A DNA stretch of 61,629 bases, from contig CAJVPI010000069.1 of the NCBI GenBank assembly GCA_910592345.1, positions 1-61,629 of the forward strand, in the 5' to 3' direction. Below, piece by piece: positions 16,501 through 30,744 of this stretch (position 1 is the first letter of the stretch; each line of letters opens with the position of its first letter). This DNA is from Paraglomus brasilianum (taxonomy: Eukaryota). The position numbers were made by a program, and so were the translations under genes. The notes under the pieces are model-generated. The model had not been told where the DNA came from. It did no database searches and saw nothing but the letters and a program-made list of their open reading frames with translations.

Positions 16501-19500
16501 GGCCCTATGACTTGCGGAAATGACTGCCTTTTGGCTGTGTGACTTTTTTCTTTCCCTTCGTTTTCCGACCATATGTTTCCATCTTTCTGCATTATTGGCT
16601 TATGGCCAGAATAGGCTAACAAGCGTAAACAATACTGCCCGTGCGCAGGTCGAATAAAGAAGGCCAATTCGACAATAACGGTAAACTGATATCTATGTGT
16701 GACAATCAACGGTCTTTGTCATATTTTGCTGTTGACGAAGAGATGCAAGCATGTATAACAGATCGAATATTCTTAACAGGTAGTTAGAATGACAAAATTT
16801 CGCTACAAGACAATAGCTATCGATAATCGGTATTCATTGCGTAACACCGGTCGTATTTTGCGCAACCTCCAAGGTTGAATTATGTATGCTAATAAAAGAA
16901 TGTAGACCTTATTTGCAGATGCAGAAGATTACACAATGTCTTTAATATTACCAAATTTGCCTTAAGATTAATACTTCATTGTGATTCTTTGTATCACAAA
17001 ATCCCTTGACATACTAAATACTATGTAAGTTAATTAAAGAGTCAAACCAGATTTAGGTAAATTAAGTACCGACCTAGTGGATATAATGTAGGGACATTGA
17101 TCTGTAATCCTACTCCGCGGAAGTTAATATTTCCGACTGCGGTAATGTACACGACAGACTATGAATGGTAAATAAACAAACGTATGATATTGTCAATCCG
17201 CAGTAATCATCCCTAGCCGTCTATCCTAGTATTGTTCGGAAGAGATGGCGTAACTAAAAGTTGCGTAACTATTCGCAAGAATCATGGCTAGAAAAAGCTA
17301 GTCTGGTCTGGCAAATGATAATCGTAAAAGCGGCAATTATGCCTCTTATATTCGGCATCACTACTAGGATGATTATAATGCTTGAATTTCAAAATCTACA
17401 TGTTGTAACATAACCACTACATGACGGCACGGCAGTAACGGAATGCAGTCGTATTATCTCAAACGCCTCATTCGTAGTACTGATAATAATGTTTGCCAAA
17501 AGATTGTTCGGCAATGTAGGTGGGAATTGATAATCACGAATATCTAAATGACTATCGAAAGGAGAAACACCAACGTGTTAAACAAAGGACAAGAACAAAG
17601 AAGACTGGACCAGTCAAGGTTGGACCACAAACGTTGTCCTGCGAGAATATGAAAAAAATAGAGGTCGAAAACTGTACAAGGGAATATGAAATGCAACTTT
17701 TGATAACCCCCGTAATAAAATATTGATTCCGATTCCAACTCTATCGCGAATATGCAAATATTGTCCACACGTCAGAAACTTATTAAATTTAAGGTTACGT
17801 AAAACCCGACAGAATGATTTATTTTAATTTCTGATTAGTTAGCATCGATCACATTTCGTAATACCCACATTTTTAAAAATTAACCAAATCCAAGTTATGA
17901 TTCGCCACTTGATCATTTGCCTCTGCATGCCTATCTTTTTCTTTTTTTCTTTTTTTCTTTAATTAATATTCTGCCTTTTACCTACCAATTTTCTTTGTTA
18001 TCAGTCTCATCTGAGATGTGAACGCCCCGTTGAAGATCTGCAGTTAAATGAGAAGAATTCTATTTATAGTAATAGTAAGATATGCATTATGCAAATCCGG
18101 AATGGCGTCATGCAAATCCTCGAGTAAGAACGCCCCATGTTCCAACCCACACAACCCGACTCATCAACTAAACTGTCTAACCAACCGGCTGACTGTGTAA
18201 AGAATCCGGCATCAAAAAACCCCACTTGGTATGTTTTCCCACGCTATTAAGACAGCAGCACTTTGCTCTTATCTCGATTGCTAGGGACAGCACATGCATA
18301 CACTTTCCAAGTTTGTCATAATCTTATTCTCTATATATCTAATTTGTATGACTTCCCTCCCGCCTTCCCCTTTACAAACGCAGTATAGCGTATGATCGAT
18401 CGACAGTCGATAATTAAAAAGAGAAGGAAAAAAAAAAACAAAAAAAAAAAAAAAAAACTCCCTTGCCCCGATTTCTGAACTTGGCAATTAAATTAACGGG
18501 GCGCAAATATTATTAATAGAAAAAAAAAACGCCTTTTTTATTTCTTAACCGGTTACCAAGTATGTAACTGTGGTACTCCCGCCAAGGATTTACATATGGA
18601 CTTTTCCGATATTTATCAATGTTGAAGATCTGCATTATTTGGGCAAATAAGTAATATGGTTATCTATCTCCGTTATCCAGGTATTGACCAGTACTGAGTG
18701 GTTCCCTCACTCATCCTCTTGTCCATTCTTATTCTCATTCTCGTTCACTCACTCGCCCTCTCTCACAGCTTCCCTTTCACCAGTGCTTTTTACTTTTCAC
18801 ATGCCTATCATGGTAAAAGTGCTTTGTTGTTGCTTTGTTAAAAAAAAAAAAGTCAGGGATTTTGTATGATCGTTACACAATCCTTCTACATCAATATGGT
18901 CATTCTCTCGTACCCTTTCTTTTGTAAGCCACATGTCTTTCAGATGAAAATGCGGCTGCTAGTTTACATAATCTGGAAGTTTCTAGATATGGGATAGAAT
19001 ATGTAATACGAAGAAGGGAAGCGGAGTACGCTCTGAAACGAGTCGATTGGTAATTTGTGTGTGTGAATGTTAAAATATTATGGTATTTATCTGCCGAATC
19101 TTTGCGAGCTTGGTTTATTTGGCAGTCGATTATCTGACAAAAGGGGGGTGGTGGAAATCTTGACTAAACAAATGGGTGAAGTACAGTATGAACATTATGA
19201 ATCAAGTTTAGTGTTGAATCAGGTTTAGCCGCTGATTATCTAATTTGTACTAGTATCGATGTACGGAAAATACTGTATCAAAGCATCCGATATGCACCCC
19301 GTACCTATTATTTTCTTCACTCATTTATTAAACGATATAATCTTGTAAATTGGTTTATTTATTTTTCCCACATACTCGGATAGATCCAACTTAAACCTTA
19401 ATCCCAGTGTGCAACATACTTTTTTTTTTCCTCGCTTCGACTGAAAACTTTAAATCTAACCGAAGAGAGCATTGGTGGAGGTACCCGGCTAGAAATAATC

Positions 19501-21975
19501 ATAATTAGTGTTTGGGGATCGTGATTAGTGCTGAGAATAATGGTGTTTGTTGTATAACGCAATATCTTTTGCAAACAACGCCCCGTAAATTAAGCTATAC
19601 TTTTTCCTTCTCCTTGCCACAGGTAGATACTTAATTAGGTACGCTTTTGTTTTCAGACGTCCTACTGGTGCTGGTCAAAACTTTCCGTATTGCAAGGAAA
19701 GCAATGTAAAAGTTATTCCGGAAACACATTATCAGAGACATGGGATGAAAAGCAAGTAATTATCGACCCAGCTTGTCATTAATTATTGAATGAAGCCTTA
19801 TTTGTTTGACTGGCTCAAAAACGATTATTACAACTTCACCTGTTGTCTTTACACGTGCAAGACTGTCTCGAAAGAGTGAGCTTGTAGCAATGTTTTCGCG
19901 GACAATTTCGTCAAGAGTTGACGATTCGTCCAATCACAATTCATTTGCAACAATTAATTATGCATGTATGTGCAAAACCCATGTATATTTAAAATATACA
20001 TATGCTAATTTTTTGAAAATGTCGCAATCAAAATAATAATGTTTTCGTTCATTCATGCAAGCAGCACCCTTTTTTTTTTCCAGATAAATAATGCTGTGCA
20101 ACGATGTTAGAGGGAGCGAAGATAAAGCGATACGATTGTTATTGCTGAGACTGCATTCTACTGGTCGTGTTGATGAGAAAGCGAGAGGCTAGAGCATTAA
20201 CAAAGGGAATGTTCACCAAATAAAGCGTTTGTGTATACGTGTATGGGTGTTGTACATTACATTGTTGCATTTGTGTTTGTATAATTGTTTTTATAATGCG
20301 AAGGTCTAACCTCGTGACAACACAATCAGGGGCTATCCAAGATTTGGAAGTTTGGCTGGTTGATCTCATGACAAGCGTAGCATACCGTAGTCTTCTTCTT
20401 TTTCTTCTATTCTCTTGTCTTCTTTTTGGCAAAAAAAGGGTGTTGAATGAATGAAAGGTTACAAAGAGTTGGACTTGTAAACAAGCCATTGCTGCTCAAT
20501 AATAGAGTTTAAAACCGAATTTAATCCCATTTACTATAATATGTATAATTAAAGTAATTGGGGAGGGGGGGGACATAAACAGGTTGACATCAAGTTTCTG
20601 CACGTAACTGCTCTTTTTCTATTGGACGGTCGATGTAACCAAAATAAGTTTTTGGCAAATAAAAAACTTAAAACCGTAGAAGGCGAATGGAATGGGAGTG
20701 AGAACTGGGTCAGTGACACATGATAACAATTAGCTCAAAGAAAGGGCCGTATATATGTATCATTCAGCCATAAACCTGCAAGCAGCTCAAGAGGTCCACC
20801 TTAGTTGCGTCTAATAAAGGGCACGAAATCAGCCATAAACCTGTATATACAAGCCCCGCCTGGTTTCTGATGACTAACAATTGCTATTAATAACTATTGT
20901 TAAAGATAGTTTGCCCAATGATATTCATTCGTTATGGGTTACAGTGTTGTCGCATTGTAAAGCGGCCGGCATTCAACCGTTAAACGCTCAAATTTTGTTA
21001 TCTGATCTTTTAGTAAACGCCGAATATCAAATCAATAACTGATACATCAAACAATACATTTATTGCCATTCATTACGCTGTTCATTTAGGTCATTGTCCA
21101 TTCATTAAATCTCCATTCATTGCGATGAAATCGATGACTTGAATGGGCGATAACTGAATGGTCGGGTGTGTGGCGATGATTTGAATGCAGGCGATGACTG
21201 AAAAATGACTGAATGGAACTCTTTTGATTTTATATTTCCTCAAACCTCGAACTTTATTTATTTAATTTATTTGAACATCATAATTTCTTTTTGTTTCTTT
21301 TTGTTTTAAAATTTTTTTTTTACAGTTTTGCAATAATCATTTTCCTCAAGCAAAATTAGATTCTGTTGTTGTAAAAAAGATAAAAAGTAGCACACATATT
21401 AACAATTAAAAAAAAAAGGGTTGCCGGTATTAGTAACAAATAGAAGAGAGAAGAAAGAAAAGATAAACCAGAATCGGAGTGTCATATGTCCCTCCTTTTC
21501 CTAGCTTTCTCCTCAGCACAACCCCCCATCCACTCGTCCCATACGCGGCTAGTTGGAATAAACAAGTTTCATTTGTACATGAAAAGATGGTTGTTAGTAA
21601 AGAAAGGAAAGTAAACGTAAAATAACGATCCGAAATTTCGGGGATGAAAAAGTTATAATACAAAGAAGGAATGAAATTCGAAGGGAAAATTTATAATACA
21701 AGATTATATATAATAATACGGAAAAGAGAACAATTCAAATAAAACGTAAGATAATGGTATAAAGGGATATAATCGGAAGATGATGGATATGAAAGGGGGT
21801 TAAAAAGGTGTGATATATATTACACTGGGTTTTATCCGTTTGTTTAGTCATATTTCATAACTTTTTTTCGCACAATTCGAGAAACTCTTTTGCATATCAG
21901 GAACCGACTTGAAAGAGTCGGTTAAATAAAAAGTATTGTTCTTGTTGTAATGTAATTTGCAATTCGTTGTAATTC

Positions 21976-22004
21976 GTTGTTGTTGTTGTTGTTGTTGTTG
22001 TTGT
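21976..22004. repeat. (GTT)n microsatellite
   Basis: Run of about 9 GTT units read directly. Confidence 0.9.
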
Positions 22005-22655
22005 TATTATTATTGTAGTTGTTGTATTTTCCTCGTTTGTAAATAGCTGTTGATTTTTTTTCCTCTGCTTCTTTGTGGCATGTTATAAAAATTTGCTTAA
22101 AGGGGAGATTTCGTTGTTCATGAAATGTAAAGAAAGAAAGCTCTGCGTTCTTTCTATAGGGCAGTATAAATAAAATTTAAAGTTTGGTCCGTCCCATTAA
22201 AAAAAGGGGGGTTTATAATTAGGGTGAGTAACTATCCCCTTGATATTGAGCCGACTCCCTTAGAAAAAGGGGAGCGGCGATTTCTCAGCGCACATTTTTT
22301 GGGGATTAACAGACTAGCAAAATAGACATTTTTGCACAGTCGGAAAACAAAGGGTATAGTACTCTGTCATATAATGCAATATAGATATCCAATCGATAGA
22401 GCTTTGATAAATTGTCCATATGAAAAACTTCTTGGTATTGTGCGAAAAAAGTTCATAGCTTAAATTTTCTCTTTTCCGATTCGAGTAAGTAGAATAAAGG
22501 AATATAAACTCAATGTTTGCTGTTCAATTGATATACGGATGGTGATGGTGATGATAATATGTCGTAAATAGATGTTGTTTGTGTTGTGTATGGTAGTAAA
22601 GTTTTCCCTTCAAGTGAAACCAGCCATCCCCCACAACGTGACCCCTCTCCGTCTC

Positions 22656-23081
22656 CTAAATATGCAGTTTGTGTTCGCCAAAGGTGCCCTTGTTAATCTC
22701 CAAAGACTCGTTATCAGCCAATGGTGGTGCTTGTCTAATATCGATTGGGGCACTCGTAGAATAATAGTAGTTGCCATCATCGTATAAATCTTTGGACAGA
22801 TACTTGTCGGCCGTGCTAGTTACCGAGCTGCAAGGATTGGATTCGGTGTATGATGAAGCGGCCGACGATTGGGGCGACAGGAATCCGTCGTTGACAACCG
22901 ACGTTAGGTCGTTCGGAAAGAACACATTGGTAGCAATCGCTACGGAGAAGCTTGGTGGAGAAGGTGGTGGGCTGAGGACTTGTTTCGGGTTCAATTCCTT
23001 GTTTTGACAGTCAATAGAACAATACAGATTCTTTTCATCAAAAGTTTGCTTGCCGCAGATGCACCAACTATGTAACTCCAT
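22656..23081 (-). CDS. Ecl1-family (extender of chronological lifespan) small Cys4 protein
   Basis: 141-aa ORF beginning WCICGKQT-x5-LYCSIDCQNKE, the Ecl1-type Cys pattern, followed by a Ser/Pro-rich tail (SPPPSPPS, LSPQSS). Confidence 0.75.
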   Translation of the reverse strand: MELHSWCICGKQTFDEKNLYCSIDCQNKELNPKQVLSPPPSPPSFSVAIATNVFFPNDLTSVVNDGFLSPQSSAASSYTESNPCSSVTSTADKYLSKDLYDDGNYYYSTSAPIDIRQAPPLADNESLEINKGTFGEHKLHI

Positions 23082-26000
23082 GTTATTAGAGATTGTGAGT
23101 GTGGAAGATGTAAACGTCTCGTGGACTGAATATTTTAAAGAGTGTGTGTTAGTGGCGAGATTGGGAGTGAATTATTTCAGAAGCGTGCGAATTGTAAGAT
23201 GAGAAATGCGATGCAAAATTTCTTTTAACTGTTATCTATCTGATAGTTCAACATTTAGAACACTTAACCGTATTATATATCTTTCCCTCATGTGTTACGG
23301 GATGATAGTCGGGAATAAAATTTACTTAAGTGACAAATACTCGGGACCGAATATGAACGGAGTTTAAAGTAGTATGTATAAAAAACCTTTTGTATGATGA
23401 TTTATACATGACTACGTTAAAAAATCGAGGGTGAGTGTAAGTAGTACAAACATTGTAGGGACAATACACATTTAACTAGATGCTATTGCAACGGTTCATT
23501 AGCAGTTAGTATTATTCTTATGCATAATTACTATACAATGAGCTGTTTTACAAATGTACTCTTATACAGTAAGTAATTTCCTAGTCTTCCGTATTTGACT
23601 TTTAATGTCTTTATTAGTCGGCGTATCCCCCATACGACTTCATCATGTGCGAAACTGAATGTTGGATCGTGCAGGTACCAGTAACAACGCAGCGACAATC
23701 ACAAGCAAAGCAACAAAGTACCAATAGCCAAAATGATAGAGGTAGGGATCAGTACCGTCTGTAAGCTTTCGCGTGGGATGAGGAAAAGGATAAGAGCGAC
23801 AAAATAAGTCATTGCTGCTTCACCAAGTATAGTAAATCCATGATGAACGGGAGCTTGGACGCTGTAGCAATCCTTGCAATTGGGCAATTGTTGCTTTATT
23901 TGCTCTCTATTTTTTTCCAATTCCAATTCCCACGCATTATCAACACACTGACCAATTTGCTCCCTTCCTCACTCATCCATACCATTCCCCCAACATTCTC
24001 CACATTCGACATTTGATTACGTTAAATTAATCATACTGCATTCACGAGACAATTACCTTTGTATGTTAGGGATTGCAGGGTAGATTGCAAATCGACTGTT
24101 GATTGTGTTCTTATACGAGTTAGTGTTTATTCCGTTCATATGTTGCGCGGAAGGAGATTGGACAAAAAAGGCGGGTGGAATATTACAATCAAAGTTATGT
24201 GGGAAGATTTGCCGAAGATGCTAGATGCTGTCATGGGTATACAATACTTATTGGTTTTAGAAAGTGCGTTTCTTTTTAAAGAGACCAAATATATATAAAC
24301 CTTAATATGCTTTATCATGTGTAGTGGCATAAAATATAATACAAGAATGGTAGTGGATTGAAGATGAAAATCACAGGATTGACATGCTTGGTTTTGTTTG
24401 CAACTACGTATCGATTGTATCGATTGTATCGATTACGGTTCATGCAATACGGTATGGCTGATCAGAATCGAGATATTTATAATAAATCTTTTTTACTTAA
24501 TCCGTTATAATTGATGTATATGGCACGTACTTGTTTGTAGCATTATCGGGTATTTACAAATCCCAAGCATCAATCAACAAATATATAGTTAGCACGCACA
24601 CGCACATAACACACATAACATATCCAAGGCTTACAAAAAAAACAAAACAAAAAAAAAAACCTGTTCAATTTGTGTTCGGTATTTGTCGAAAAAAATTTTT
24701 TAAAGAAAAAACTTCCCGACATTTTTAGTTGTAGTACATTATGGCATATCATTATGCCAAAACACCCAGACTCTCGGGAATGAATTATGTTGATTACAAA
24801 TTAAATTCACACACTTAATCGTGAGAATCAACTCTGCTATATGTATACCCGTTCTTTTCTTCTATTGTACTAGAAACTCGATCATATGATTCAAGCATCC
24901 GTGGGTAATACCAGACACCTGACACGTCGAAATCGAGGGAACATGTTCTAACTGGAATAACATGCGGGTTTTCGCCATTTGCAAATATGGCGTATTCCCC
25001 CACCCTCGTTTACCCTGCTTCGTTTCTGCCGAGCAGATTCTCTAACACAGTCCTCCCCTCCCCCTCCCCACTCCCTCCTCCTTTGTCGTCTCTACAGAAA
25101 TGACTGTGACATCAAGCCATGTTCATATAATTGTTTTGCTACCCCGTTCTCAGCATACGAAACGTTTCAAAGGTTCCTCTATGTTTCTACATTTATTATT
25201 TTCGCCCCCTTCTCTCTGTAAAAAGTTGCACAAAAATCCCATTTGGTTTAATAATCTGACCAAATATGGGTGTGTTTAGAACGTTTCAATATTGCGTTGC
25301 GACACTGCCAAATATAGTATATTCGACCAACGAGACCACAGATATGAAGAATAATGATTATATTATATTGTATGCAGTGAATCATAACTATTTAGTGTGT
25401 CTAACAATAAATAGTGATCCAAGACCGTAATAGCGGTTACACGTAAGTTATTGATTCCAATGCCGTGTGCTGGTCGATTTTTTGACAGCCCCCCAAGAAT
25501 GTAATGTCTAATGTCGGGAAGGCTGAATTTTGGATATCAAACATATTGATGCATCAATCTTCGTCCTACCCCAATGGGGACCCTAGGAAATGTACTACTA
25601 CGGAAGCATGAACTTTAATTTGATGTCGTAAAAGATTGCATATTATATCATTCGGCTTACTTAAGACTGGTATTTGTATGAATCGTAATCGATCGGTGCT
25701 TGTAATCTCGGACAGGATATTACATCGACCATGTTTCATACAGCATTTACATTACCGTCCGTCATGAAAAAAGACATTGTGCGTAATCCTAATATACTGT
25801 AGTCGTGTGGTTGCTACTACTGATTATCTACACCCAACGTTGAACAACATCAATGAACAACATCAATAACAATACACACTAATGAAAACAAAAACAACAG
25901 CAGCAGTAGAAACAAACAGACACAATCAATTGCGACACAAAAAATTTTGGTTTATCGGGCATTGGACGTACAACCAATGATTATCTCTCGATTACGATTA

Positions 26001-29000
26001 TCAAGATATCTAAAAATAGCCCCCGAACTTTGTTGATCAAACTGTAGCATTATCATATGCCATTGTTTGTAAATATTCAACTTGTACCGACACCATTGAC
26101 GCCACCTATCAGTACATCGTTTGACAAACTGGAATCTAAGGGCCAACTTACCCTTCTCATTGATGTACTGTACCTGTCAGTGACTATGTCAATCAGACAT
26201 CATTGACTACAAGATCCAACAAGCTGATTAGCAAAACGGTTTCTCTTGGCTCCTCGTTGTTTCCGCAATGTTTACACATCATTATTTATCGAAGCTACAA
26301 TACCTCTCTGTTAACCGATTTTCAACATTTTGCTATGTGGCGTCCGTCTTTAATTTTGTTGATAAACAATTTTACATAATCAACCTGGGAACGGTACACA
26401 AACAGTTATGATACGTTGATGTCGGGAACGATAGCAAAGCAAGAGCATTGATAACAAGACGAAACTCGAACGTTAGCCATATTCGCTATCGGGTCGAATA
26501 CTAATTGACATCATCCTATCAGCAACTTTTTTCGACGCCATCGCTGGGGGAGATTTGGATATGTTTTCGTTTCAGATATTTCAATTGCGTTATCCCATTT
26601 TGCTGGTCACGGACTTTTTACGGTCACGGACTTTTTACTGTCACTGACTGGTGTAGCCTTTTATGTATAGTCGGGTCAAGATAACGGTTCTGCATGTTGT
26701 AAATATTTACATTGTAAACCTCACAATATTTATTTGTTTTTTTTTTACCATTATCAATTGATCAGTAATACACGTTTGCCGAATTAGCGAATTGTGCAAT
26801 GACGATGACAATGAGCGAAACTGGGTTTCTGAGCCTAAACACGCGAGCAAAATATTGCATGTCTATACTATGTTGATACAAGTTATTCCCGTTTGCTAAA
26901 TAGTGCCAATTCGAGTACATATTTGATTATGTTTGTCTCCAGTGGTGCAGCCGGTTAGCTGGGACTCTTTTTCAATGACGAATCCCATTATTCGGACCGA
27001 ACGCTGGAAGTTTCGGTAATACGGGAATGAGAAAGTATACATCCAACACTCGAACCAATAATAGATGCAATGGGTTGTCTTCACTAGACCTCAGGTGATG
27101 AACTTTGTGGTTCCTTGAAAATGGTGTTATTAGCCGCCATCAAGGTAATCACATTCCATTTTGGGCATGTCAATATACAGTTGCTTTCTGGCTGTCACAA
27201 TAATGACCGCGTTTACCTTTTCAAAGACGCATTAATATAAGATTTGCATACAGACTCAGTTCTCGGAATATCGTTTGAATATTCCCAGTAAATGACAGTG
27301 CTACAAGTATCACAAGGTGGGTAGTTATGTTCTTTCCTATCCACGTGTTGAATAACCTCCTCAGTGATTTTCGAAAAAAAGTTAATTTACAGAAACTTCG
27401 TTAGAACTGTTTGGAACTGTTATACACGTGCTTTACGCCATTGTAATTTGGCAGGGGTGTAAAGTTCTACCAATAAAAGTCCCTCGCTATAGTAGAAGTT
27501 CTACCATGTATATGATGTACAGGACGTATATGATGTGTAGGATACTGCAAACGTGGGAAATACTGTGAAAAAATCAACAAACTTAAAGTTCATGGCAAGG
27601 AGTCCATATAGATGCAGGGAGAAACTAAAATTCATTGATGGACCCGATCCAGGTTTACAAAATAATAAGAAAAGTCAAAATAGCAACCCGTTGTTTGCGC
27701 TAAGCATGTCAAATGTCTGTTGTTTACACCTAGCAAGTTTCACTGCAGCCTTGTTCTCGCAATTAAATGCATAAATGCATGCTTATTGGTAGCTCTTACT
27801 GTCGTGCTACATCCCAGGATTTTTCTTTGTTCCAAAAAATTACGGGACCAAATGTGTTGGGGGGAATTTTTGAATAAGATTTTCGTACAAATATTGATAC
27901 GACGATAGCATCGAACAGCGAATTGAGAATGTTTGATAGAGACAACAAAGCAGCACTCGAGACGCCACATGCGAAACAACAATATGTGACTTTCAGTATA
28001 TTCAAAATTAGCCTGTTTTCTTTGTCTTTTTCAGCTTGCCTATCTAAAATACTGAAGTAACACACGGTACTTCAAATTTAGGTTCAAACCAATGTATTGG
28101 GTATGTACGCTGCGTTGAGATTCGGCTCAAACCTCGACGCAGGTCGACTTACATATACATGATTTCTGTGGATAAAAGGCCATCTTGCATCGAAAAAAAG
28201 GGGTGGTGGGGGGAGGAGGGCCCTTATAGATGGAGAATGTTTGTCTCTAGTAACCTCTAAAGAACTGCATAGATATAAATGATATGTTTGCATGCCATTT
28301 ATGTTGATATCAGATATTAACGATCAAAATTCCCTTTAGATTTGAGCACGATCGGAAATTAATTCGTAAACTGATACCCGGATTACCATGTTGCAAAAAT
28401 ATGCAAAACCCTCAAGCGAGACAATGCAAGTAGGCTGAAGCTACTGTGCCCCTGGTCGATCTTAAACACAGCTTTTACTACTCGATAATTAATGCATTAT
28501 TTTCACAACCATGTTACACACACGATCAATTTTTAGACATTAGATTTTTAATTGGCAAAGTATCAATGACTTGCTTTGGCTAGGGGTTCATACGTCTCGT
28601 TTGATAAGCCATCTAAAACGTAACGCTGGTTATTAGTCGATGATGCGTTGTCAATAAATAACCAAGATCGAAAAATATCAACATTGCAATTCACTCATTA
28701 ATTGCGCGACTTACTCTGTCAATTTCTGTGTGGAAGGACTGCTTATATCAATGTATCAAGTCTTTTTTTTTTTTTTGCAATCGTCACGTTTCTCAAGAAT
28801 AAATAATATCCCGTGTTTACCAGATTTGTGACACAAGAAATGATGACCCGTCAGTAACTACTACTGTATAATCATTATGTAAGTGTGAATGCATGCAAAA
28901 GTATTGTTCTACTCTACATATATTTGAAGTAAAAAGGTTGATGGGCAATGTAAAAATAGGGGATAATAAATTTAGGAAGGCAAAATTGCAGAGAAATCGA

Positions 29001-30744
29001 AGCAAATTCTTGCCTGTTAACGTATATATAAGAGAGATAACAAAACGATTATTGTGTTACTATTAGATTAGATAACCAACTTTATTCATTAATGTTGGGT
29101 TTAATTAATACTAAATTCTAGCATAAAGGATTTCATTGAAATATAGCCTCTCAAAAACGGATCGTCCATTATTCACAAGATTCAATCCGTTGATTTTTCG
29201 TGCCTCTAGTCTTGTATTGACTTTTTAATTTTTAGCCACTAATAAATTCGTATTATTATTATTAAGTTTGTAGCTTGTTTAATAAGATGTGTCTCGTATT
29301 TAGTTAATCGATATCACAAACGTAAATTCATATTTGTAACTACCTTGTTATATATTTACTATACAAACAGAACAAGGTTTGGATACAGATAAATATCACA
29401 GCTCTGTGTTAGTTTTTGGCTAAGATTATCTTGTCACGAAATCTAATCAGCGAACACAAACTTATTACTATTTGTATAATATTCATAACAACAGCAAACA
29501 AAACCTTTGTGTTCCGAATAATGTCAGTTTGATGAATTATATGTGTTGTTAGCAAAATATGGATAGCCTGGTTTTGATTACCAGTATTTTTGTCAAAACG
29601 GGAATTTTCGGCTAACCGAACTTGCTTTGATCAATAATAGCGCTATAAATTTAGTAATGATCGCGGATAAGCTAAACGTACTTTGCCGAAGTTTCTGAGA
29701 AACCCTCAAAGAACCGAGGAAGCACAACTTGATGAATCAAAAACTTGACATTATAAAGTTTTAATTATTTAGCAGTCCTATCGCCATGAATCCCATTAAT
29801 TAATGAATGATATAATGCAAAAAGTAACTTTTTTTTCTACTGCTGTCTTCAGTTAGCTACACCAAGCAGTATAATTGTATTAGACAAGGTTTCAAAGTTG
29901 TCATATCTGGAAGAATATGTTTATCGCGTTGGAAAGATAACAAGACAATAATTTAAAGGCAAATCAGTGGCGAGTGATAGTATTTCACATTCATAGAAAT
30001 GCGTCTTAAAAACTCTTTGCAAGATTGTGAGGGAAAAAAACTGAATAAAACAGACCGGAGCGTCAGGTAGACGTCGTGTCTCCAATCCTGTGAAGCGGAG
30101 CACAACTATAAGAAAGTCAACAATGGAAATAATAAGCAAACCAATATCACAGCTTTTGAATGCTAAGGACTTTACACATGTTGAGCGTCGAGATCTCGTG
30201 ACAACTTACATTCAAATAATCACGTGATACTATAATTTGAAATATTTGCTTTTTTAAACAATATTTGTTTACCAATCTGTAATAGAAAATACGATCAGCC
30301 CGTAATTAGTAATCAGTCTCTATCTTGGAATGGGTGTTTCATCTAACGTCTGTTATAAAAGTATCAGCAATCAAAACATAGACATACGATTAGTAATAAT
30401 AATAATCCATTTACTGTCCAACCAAGTGATACTATTTGTACAGCAGAGAATAAATCGCGTAGTATAACATGATTCTGCAATACAGCGGCTTACCATGGGA
30501 CACTTTCCGACTTTTATAACGCATTTTGTAGTAACATCTTAAGGTTTAATACTAATGGCATAAGGTTTAATATTAATATTAAATAGATTTTCAGAATTTG
30601 GAAATTTGTACAAGATGCTAATTATAGTATGGAATAAAGCCGTAACTTGATTACTTATTTAGTATTTACAAATCTCCGCCATTTATGTCGCATTATCCAA
30701 AAAATTTTTACTGGGTTGCAGTAATAAGAGAACATAATGTTATA

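Noticed and set aside
23699..23926. 75-aa ORF with two hydrophobic segments upstream of the Ecl1-like gene
   Set aside because: Starts at TTG with an in-frame stop shortly upstream; no family resemblance.
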